Positions 57,758 to 64,000 of a stretch of 64,000 bases of DNA are shown here, piece after piece. The stretch lies in IMG/VR virus record IMGVR_UViG_3300032093_000021, positions 1 through 64,000 of that record; one strand, 5' to 3'. Each line of letters begins with the position of its first letter. Within the stretch, counting starts at the first letter, position 1. This DNA is from a virus. Made by a program: the position numbers and the translations under genes. Below the pieces are notes generated by a model. The model was not told the origin of the DNA. It worked only from the letters and a program-made list of their open reading frames with translations, and made no database searches.

Positions 57758-60700
57758 TTATACACAAGGTATACATGTTCCTCCGTAAGAGAAGAATCCA
57801 ACCGCATCTATTGTTCCATAGTTACAACTTGTGTTTTCTCCTAAACTCAAATAAGAGGTTCCATCAAATAGAGTCCCATTACTATTGTAATATGTTTCGC
57901 CAGGTTGTAAACCAGCAATTGGGGTGTAAGTATAAAGTGTTACAGTACCTGATCCACTATTTCCACAACCCGCAGTTGGGTTAATATAAGCAATGAAAGA
58001 AAATGATGGTAGATTGTTTTGTGTTGGTGTTTGTGTGGGAGTTGGCGTCGGTACCGGTACTGAACAACAAGGACCATAGATTAAGGATGAAATTGGTCCT
58101 GATACCGATCCTTTCAAAATGCAACCTGCAATAACATCAGGTCCTATTGACACTGACTGATTTTGTGGTGTTCCATCACAATCTATCCAAGATACCGTAC
58201 CGGGTGTATCTACATCAAAACTAGCACCATTAGCACAAGAACATGTAGTTGGTGTCGGTGTTTGTGTTGGAGTTTTTGTTTGAGTTGGAGTATTAGTAGG
58301 AGTTTTAGTATTAGTTGGAGTATTTGTTGGCGTTTGAGTATTAGTAGCGGTATTGGTAGGCGTATTACTATTAGTTGGCGTATTTGTTGGCGTTTGAGTA
58401 TTAGTAGCGGTATTGGTAGGCGTTTGAGTATTAGTAGCGGTATTGGTAGGCGTATTACTATTAGTTGGCGTATTAGTAGGAGTTTGGGTGCTTGTAGGTG
58501 TTAAGCTTGGACAAGGTCCTGAAATTGAATTTAATATTCCAAATGATCCGCTTGGTATCAAAACTTGTACCCATGTGTAAACACCTGAAACTACAGGAGA
58601 TATTGGGTTTTCATTATATTGATATAAAATTCCGGAACCTAAACTTGATCTTAATTCCCATCTATTATTTGATATTGACCAAAACACATTGAATGTAAAT
58701 ACGGATGATTGGTCTGTAAAAGTAAATGATTGTTTTCCATTTACTACAGATCCCGGACTCACATTAATTGATTGTGATCCAACAAAAGTCTCTGATGCGA
58801 TTTGGAAACAGATTCCGCCTAAAGTATTTGATGGAGTATTCGTTTGTGTTGGTGTAGGAGTGCTTGTTGGTGTGTTTGATGGATCAGGAGGACAAGACGA
58901 ACAATCTGTTCCAAGTATAGATACGACGGAATTCAATACCGCATTAGTTGATATTGATTTTTTGCCCTCATAATACACACAATATGATTGATTATCAATA
59001 ATCGCATTCATCGTGTATCCCGAATCTATAGTAATTCCTGAAATTTGAACTTCTTCCGCCACGTAGAAATAAGCATTTGTTGCACAATTTCTCAAAGAGT
59101 TGACCTGACTACATTCAAGTTTTTCATCAAAAATCTCATAATTAACAGAACCTGTAAAACACAAACCTCTATAGATGTTTGTTGGTGTTACTGATGGGGT
59201 TGGTGTTGGTGAGGCGGTTGGTAGAGTAGTTGCACTCAGCGTCATACCTATACCAAAGCATTTTTGTGTTATTGTGGGTGTTTGCGTATTTGTTGGTGTT
59301 GGAGTTTGGGTGGTGGTAGGTGTAGGAGTGTTAGATGGACCCGGGATATTACAATCAAATATCGCATCAAAGTCAAAAACATCACATGGATTAACCGGCG
59401 GAATTGGTGGACAAACTCCTTGTGTAAGTTCGTCACATAAATCAGGACAAGAACTATTACATGGTGTTTTTCCGAATAGTATACAACTTCCACCTAATGA
59501 GCTTGATAGACACCATTTATTGATACTATAATATATGTATCCTACTGACGTAGTTCCTCCGGTATAAAAGTCATAAGTTAAATATGTTCCGGCTATTACG
59601 TATTCACCATCAAACGGAGTTACACCATTTGTGTTCAAACAATAAACATTTGGACACTGATCAGTCGGACTTGGTGTTGGAGTATTAGTAGGTGTTTCTG
59701 TAGGAGTTGAAGTATTAGTGGGAGTATTGGTTGGAGTTTCAGTATTAGTGGGAGTTGGGGTGTTAGTTGGTGTGTTTGTTGATGTTTCGGTGTTTGTTTG
59801 AGTTTGAGTATTGGTTGGAGTGTTAGTTGATGTTTCGGTGTTTGTTTGAGTTTGAGTATTTGTTGGAGTATTAGTTGGGGTTTCTGTCGGAGTTTCAGTA
59901 TTAGTGGGAGTATTGGTTGGAGTTTCAGTATTAGTGGGAGTATTGGTTGGAGTTTCAGTATTAGTGGGAGTATTGGTTGGAGTTTCAGTATTAGTGGGTG
60001 TATTGGTTGGAGTTTCATCCGGGGTAGGTGTATTAGTTGGAGTTTCAGTATTAGTGGGAGTATTGGTTGGAGTTTCAGTATTAGTAGGGGTATTGGTTGG
60101 AGTTTCAGTATTAGTAGGGGTATTGGTTGGAGTTTCAGTGGGTGTATTTGTGGGCGTTTCTGTTGCAGTTGGAGTATTAGTCGGAGTTTCGGTTGGAGTT
60201 TCAGTATTAGTAGGTGTGTTAGTAGGTGTTGGTGTAGGACAAGTTATAGATTCACTTGTTAAGCAGTTAACACAAGATGAATAAAAAGTTGATGATATTG
60301 AGGTGTATAACGGTAACCCTATTTCATTAGTTATAACCTCAGCACAACCTGAAAATGATGTGGTATCCAAATAATAAACTTCTCCGACTGAAAGTTCTCC
60401 GGGTATGTTTGATACATTAAATTTATTATTTTCATCACAACAATCCTTAAACGAATAAAAAAAAGGTAGTGGCGATTCTGTTGGGGTTGGTGTGTTAGTA
60501 GGTGTATTAGTTGGAGTTTCAGTATTAGTAGGTGTGTTAGTAGGTGTCGGTGTAGGACACGGACCAATTGCCGAAAATAAAATATCCCCCGTAAGAGTGC
60601 TCGGAGATCCAAAGTCGTCGCAGTTACAAAAATACTGAGTTTCAAGTGGTCCAATCGTTAATAAACCTATAACGCCAGGATCACAACCATAATATTGACC

Positions 60701-61069
60701 TGTAGAAGTACTTCCGAGTTGATTTTGGGCAGAATATTCAGTACATGTGTTACATACCGGAGTTACTGTGGGTGTCGGTGTCGGAGTAGATGACGGACAA
60801 GAACCACCATCAGAGTAAAAACTTGCAGATGCGGTTGTCTTGAAATCGGATGTATAGTAATATATATCAGGAATTCCAAAGTCCGAGTCGTAACATTGGG
60901 ACGCTTGGTACAAACCTGCAGAATCAAAGTATTCTGTCACTAAAACTCCCAAACAATTATAATAATCAATATAAACACGTCCGTTTATAAAAGGAGGAGT
61001 TCCACTATTCAAGACCGCAGCGGATATATCTGCAGAATCTATAGAAATATTCAATATATTACATGCCAT
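57758..61069 (-). CDS. Mucin-like Thr/Pro-repeat, Cys-rich protein (probable fibre/adhesin)
   Basis: Long TPTNTETP tracts separating Cys-rich globular modules. Confidence 0.75.
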   Translation of the reverse strand: MACNILNISIDSADISAAVLNSGTPPFINGRVYIDYYNCLGVLVTEYFDSAGLYQASQCYDSDFGIPDIYYYTSDFKTTASASFYSDGGSCPSSTPTPTPTVTPVCNTCTEYSAQNQLGSTSTGQYYGCDPGVIGLLTIGPLETQYFCNCDDFGSPSTLTGDILFSAIGPCPTPTPTNTPTNTETPTNTPTNTPTPTESPLPFFYSFKDCCDENNKFNVSNIPGELSVGEVYYLDTTSFSGCAEVITNEIGLPLYTSISSTFYSSCVNCLTSESITCPTPTPTNTPTNTETPTETPTNTPTATETPTNTPTETPTNTPTNTETPTNTPTNTETPTNTPTNTETPTNTPTPDETPTNTPTNTETPTNTPTNTETPTNTPTNTETPTNTPTNTETPTETPTNTPTNTQTQTNTETSTNTPTNTQTQTNTETSTNTPTNTPTPTNTETPTNTPTNTSTPTETPTNTPTPSPTDQCPNVYCLNTNGVTPFDGEYVIAGTYLTYDFYTGGTTSVGYIYYSINKWCLSSSLGGSCILFGKTPCNSSCPDLCDELTQGVCPPIPPVNPCDVFDFDAIFDCNIPGPSNTPTPTTTQTPTPTNTQTPTITQKCFGIGMTLSATTLPTASPTPTPSVTPTNIYRGLCFTGSVNYEIFDEKLECSQVNSLRNCATNAYFYVAEEVQISGITIDSGYTMNAIIDNQSYCVYYEGKKSISTNAVLNSVVSILGTDCSSCPPDPSNTPTSTPTPTQTNTPSNTLGGICFQIASETFVGSQSINVSPGSVVNGKQSFTFTDQSSVFTFNVFWSISNNRWELRSSLGSGILYQYNENPISPVVSGVYTWVQVLIPSGSFGILNSISGPCPSLTPTSTQTPTNTPTNSNTPTNTATNTQTPTNTATNTQTPTNTPTNSNTPTNTATNTQTPTNTPTNTKTPTNTPTQTKTPTQTPTPTTCSCANGASFDVDTPGTVSWIDCDGTPQNQSVSIGPDVIAGCILKGSVSGPISSLIYGPCCSVPVPTPTPTQTPTQNNLPSFSFIAYINPTAGCGNSGSGTVTLYTYTPIAGLQPGETYYNSNGTLFDGTSYLSLGENTSCNYGTIDAVGFFSYGGTCIPCV
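59670..60240. repeat. Coding tandem repeats (30-bp [10 protein letters not shown] unit, degenerate)
   Basis: Repeated ggagtttcagtattagtgggagtattggtt; further tracts near 58250-58500 and 60480-60555. Confidence 0.9.
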
Positions 61070-61085
61070 AAATTAAACTTCAATA

Positions 61086-62066
61086 TTATAAATAATCCGA
61101 ATTTTGTTTTTGAAATAAAGATTTCAAAACTTCAGTATATTTTATTGTGGAACTTCTTTTATCAACGTATTCAAAAAAGTTTTCATTTTCCCTAAGTTTT
61201 TGAATAGGGTCACATTCAATAAATTCTCCTTTAAAAAATTTATTATTTTTTTCTATTTCAAGGACTCCAGCCATATGTAATATTGGTTTTTTATAGTAAA
61301 TATCAATATCATCTGTAGCCCACGAAAAATCCAAATCCTCAATTATTTTTGTTTCTTTTTTTAAACACCATAAATTCCAAATCAATGCCCACATTTCAGC
61401 AGTCCAAACTTGGATCCCTTTAGATACCGGATGAGTATTTGTAAACTCCACTAAATAGTTATACAGGCTATTTGAATCATTATATATTTTGAACCAATTT
61501 TTATAATTTGTTTTTTTTATTATATACTGACCACCTCCTGTATTATCATTATTTTTAATTACACAATCCAATCCGATACCAAAAATATCTATCATTCCAT
61601 TGATGAATTCATTACTTTTCAATCCATAATTTTTTGAATACAGGTCATCGCAATATTTAAGATAATCGTAAGATAAATAAGATTTTGTGTCGGCTAAATA
61701 ACATACATTGTCTTTCAGGTATTTTTCATAATTAGGTTTTTCCCGGAAAATAATGTCCGCATCATGTAAAAAAAAACACTCACCATATTTTGGAAAACTT
61801 TTTAACCATTGTGAAATCAAATATGGTTTTATACTTGGAATATAATTTTTAGTGTCTCGTTTATCTTCATAAAAATGAACATTGAACCCTTCTTTTCTTA
61901 ATTCCATAGCTCTTTTGGATGGTTTGTTTGTGTTTACCATACCAAAAATCATATGTATATCTGATGGGTTTACACCTTTTTCAACAAAATTATGACTATA
62001 AACTTCGCACTGCCAATGAAAATACTGAACATCAGGTTGTGCGGTTACATAAATTAATTTGGACAT
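61086..62066 (-). CDS. Glycosyltransferase resembling peptidyl-Ser galactosyltransferase / Hyp arabinosyltransferase
   Basis: YFHWQ, YIPSIKP..WL, LHDADIIF (DxD), GG.YI, WTAEMW. Confidence 0.7.
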   Translation of the reverse strand: MSKLIYVTAQPDVQYFHWQCEVYSHNFVEKGVNPSDIHMIFGMVNTNKPSKRAMELRKEGFNVHFYEDKRDTKNYIPSIKPYLISQWLKSFPKYGECFFLHDADIIFREKPNYEKYLKDNVCYLADTKSYLSYDYLKYCDDLYSKNYGLKSNEFINGMIDIFGIGLDCVIKNNDNTGGGQYIIKKTNYKNWFKIYNDSNSLYNYLVEFTNTHPVSKGIQVWTAEMWALIWNLWCLKKETKIIEDLDFSWATDDIDIYYKKPILHMAGVLEIEKNNKFFKGEFIECDPIQKLRENENFFEYVDKRSSTIKYTEVLKSLFQKQNSDYL

Positions 62067-62132
62067 ATAAACTAAAAAATAATATTTTATGTTTCAATCT
62101 AAATAGAATATTCTATGATATATTTATGATAT

Positions 62133-62312
62133 ATGAAACTTTTGAAAACTATACAAAAATTAGTTGAAGACGCAGAAAGAGATTATTATATCGCTTGTGA
62201 TAGGTGTGCTGATGAAAAAACAATTAAGAGATTAGAAAAAAATTATTTAGATAGTCTAAAACTGATGGAAAAAATAAATAAAATAGATACACCAAAAAAA
62301 GAAAATCTATAA
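62133..62312 (+). CDS. Small hypothetical protein (59 aa, absent from ORF track)
   Basis: MKLLKTIQKLVED...; TATTTATG 4 nt before ATG. Confidence 0.6.
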   Translation: MKLLKTIQKLVEDAERDYYIACDRCADEKTIKRLEKNYLDSLKLMEKINKIDTPKKENL

Positions 62313-64000
62313 TCCCCCATCTATTATAACCCAATTATAAGGACTTCCTGTAAGAGTGTTTCTACCTGATTGTCCTGCAACAGTATACTTTATAGTTCCA
62401 AAATTTATAGTCAATCCGGATTTTAATATCTTGCTTGACCAACTATTTAATAAACTATCATAATTTGCAGTTGAATAGTTTGAGAATGTTTTACCTGTCA
62501 TAAATCCTGTAAACGCAGTAACAGAAGATGCTGACCAACCACTTATAGGTTGGTTGAAAGCGATTGCATCATTGAACATATTAGTCATGTCCCTAACATT
62601 ACTAACATTCCAAGAATCTATTGGTTGATTGAATAATGAAGCACCCCTAAACATAGAAGTCATGTCTGTAACATTTGAGACGTTCCAACCGGATATTGAG
62701 GTAGATCCGGAATTGTTGAAAGATGAGTTTGATGCAAACATGGAATTCATGTTTGTTGCGGCAGATGTATTCCAACTACCGATATTTTGGTTAAACCCTG
62801 AACATGAAAGCATGGATGAAAAATTAGTCACCTTAGAAGTATTCCAGCTACCAATCGGTTGATTGAAACTTGTCCCTAAAAAAGTTGACCCAAAATCAAC
62901 AACGTTGCCCGTACTCCATCCACTTATTGAAGGGCTTCCTCCATTATTAAACGCAGATCCGAATGTTCTTCTAAAAAAAGTTGCCGCGGAAACATTCCAA
63001 GCTCCGATATCTTGATTGAATGGTGAACTGGCAAATGTGCTATGAAATCCATTACTGTTTGCAAACGAAGTTGTGACATTTCTTACATCCCAACTACCTA
63101 TGGGTTGATTAAAAGATGTTGCATAAAACATATGACCCATTTGAGTTGCCGCGGATGTTGTCCAACCACTAATAGAAGGGTTATTATTATTGTTAAATAA
63201 TGTTGCTTGTCCAAACATATAACCGAAAGCCTGAACTTTGGATACATTCCAAGAACCAACATTCCTATTGAATTTGACCGCATTGAAAAACATATAATTC
63301 ATGGCAGTGGCCGCAGAAGTAACCCAATTGTTAATTGAATTATTACCAGCATTATCAAAATTTGCAGCATTTTCAAACATCGTATTGAAGGTTGTGACTT
63401 TTGATGTATCCCAATTACCGATATTTTTATTAAACGTATTACAAGATGAAAACATTGATGCCATGGTTGTTACCGCGGATGTTGTCCATCCACTCAAATC
63501 GTCGTTAAAGAATGTACATCCTTGAAACATATTGCTCATGTTTGTAACATTTGAAGTGTTCCAAGAATTGACATTATTTATTGTAGTGAGACTTGTACAT
63601 GATCTAAACATTTGGGTCAGGTTTGTAGATCCACTTAAATTTATTACATCTGTTGTTCCTGTAAGTCTTAAATTGGAACAACCATAAAAGTAAGACCCCA
63701 AAAATGTCGCCCCTGTTGATTGAAGTTGTACAGGTCCCCACCTATTAACATGTAACATTTTTAACCTATCTCCCGAGTTATTAAATCTGAAACCTCTGAA
63801 ATTTCCCGGATAAGCGTATACCGTAACGTCATAAATTCCGGGAGTTGTATATGTATGTGCGGTTAATGGACTATTCCAAGTTGTTATATAATCTGTAGGG
63901 CCCGAATCTCCCCAATCAACTATCATATTATAAGTTCCCGCACTAACTAATGGAAGTGCAAACTGATTTGATGGCGAACTACCGACACTAGTTAATGTTG
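62307..64000 (-). CDS. BspA/DUF285-repeat protein, 5'-truncated by window edge
   Basis: Frame stays open past 63926 (..FALPLVSAGTYNMIVDWGD); paralogue of 54372..56153. Confidence 0.88.
   Translation of the reverse strand, partial: TLTSVGSSPSNQFALPLVSAGTYNMIVDWGDSGPTDYITTWNSPLTAHTYTTPGIYDVTVYAYPGNFRGFRFNNSGDRLKMLHVNRWGPVQLQSTGATFLGSYFYGCSNLRLTGTTDVINLSGSTNLTQMFRSCTSLTTINNVNSWNTSNVTNMSNMFQGCTFFNDDLSGWTTSAVTTMASMFSSCNTFNKNIGNWDTSKVTTFNTMFENAANFDNAGNNSINNWVTSAATAMNYMFFNAVKFNRNVGSWNVSKVQAFGYMFGQATLFNNNNNPSISGWTTSAATQMGHMFYATSFNQPIGSWDVRNVTTSFANSNGFHSTFASSPFNQDIGAWNVSAATFFRRTFGSAFNNGGSPSISGWSTGNVVDFGSTFLGTSFNQPIGSWNTSKVTNFSSMLSCSGFNQNIGSWNTSAATNMNSMFASNSSFNNSGSTSISGWNVSNVTDMTSMFRGASLFNQPIDSWNVSNVRDMTNMFNDAIAFNQPISGWSASSVTAFTGFMTGKTFSNYSTANYDSLLNSWSSKILKSGLTINFGTIKYTVAGQSGRNTLTGSPYNWVIIDGGL

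Noticed and set aside
59670-60240. Possible CRISPR array
   Set aside because: Repeats are contiguous, codon-phased and degenerate at third positions, with no unique spacers and no cas genes
58163-60654. Overlapping ORFs such as VGVLVGVSV and WSFSIS repeats
   Set aside because: Alternative-frame and antisense shadows of the Thr/Pro repeat gene
1-64000. Stop-codon recoding as in some Bacteroidota phages
   Set aside because: Conserved genes are full length in code 11, and TAG, TGA and TAA all end genes at sensible positions
54372-64000. Diversity-generating retroelement acting on the BspA paralogues
   Set aside because: No reverse transcriptase in the window, and no near-identical repeat pair with adenine-specific differences seen

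Overview
This window is part of a large, AT-rich tailed phage genome, probably a jumbo phage, infecting a Bacteroidota host. The host is inferred from TAnnTTTG/TTTG promoters, T9SS sorting tails, SprB repeats and a Bacteroidota-type sigma factor. Most genes are on the minus strand and read in the standard code. Recognisable genes include thyA, three DNA methyltransferases (one paired with a putative endonuclease), Trx/Grx, DnaJ, Hc1, a Dps-like protein, an RpoD-type sigma, SbcC/SbcD, a PD-(D/E)XK nuclease, primase, a RuvC-like resolvase, a probable lysis cassette and a tail/adhesin block. Most notable: (1) a plant SGT1/HPAT-like protein O-glycosyltransferase directly upstream of a mucin-like Thr/Pro-repeat protein; (2) a ~830-nt ornate ncRNA (GOLLD-like) plus an initiator tRNA, each behind a promoter-hairpin-boxA leader; (3) three T9SS cargo genes; (4) a catalytically stripped MetK-like protein; (5) a second promoter class (TATTTATN) in the same register as the host -7 element, apparently giving leaderless mRNAs, many for proteins sharing an N-terminal I/L-x-E leader. 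All family assignments come from motif recognition by eye; no searches were run.
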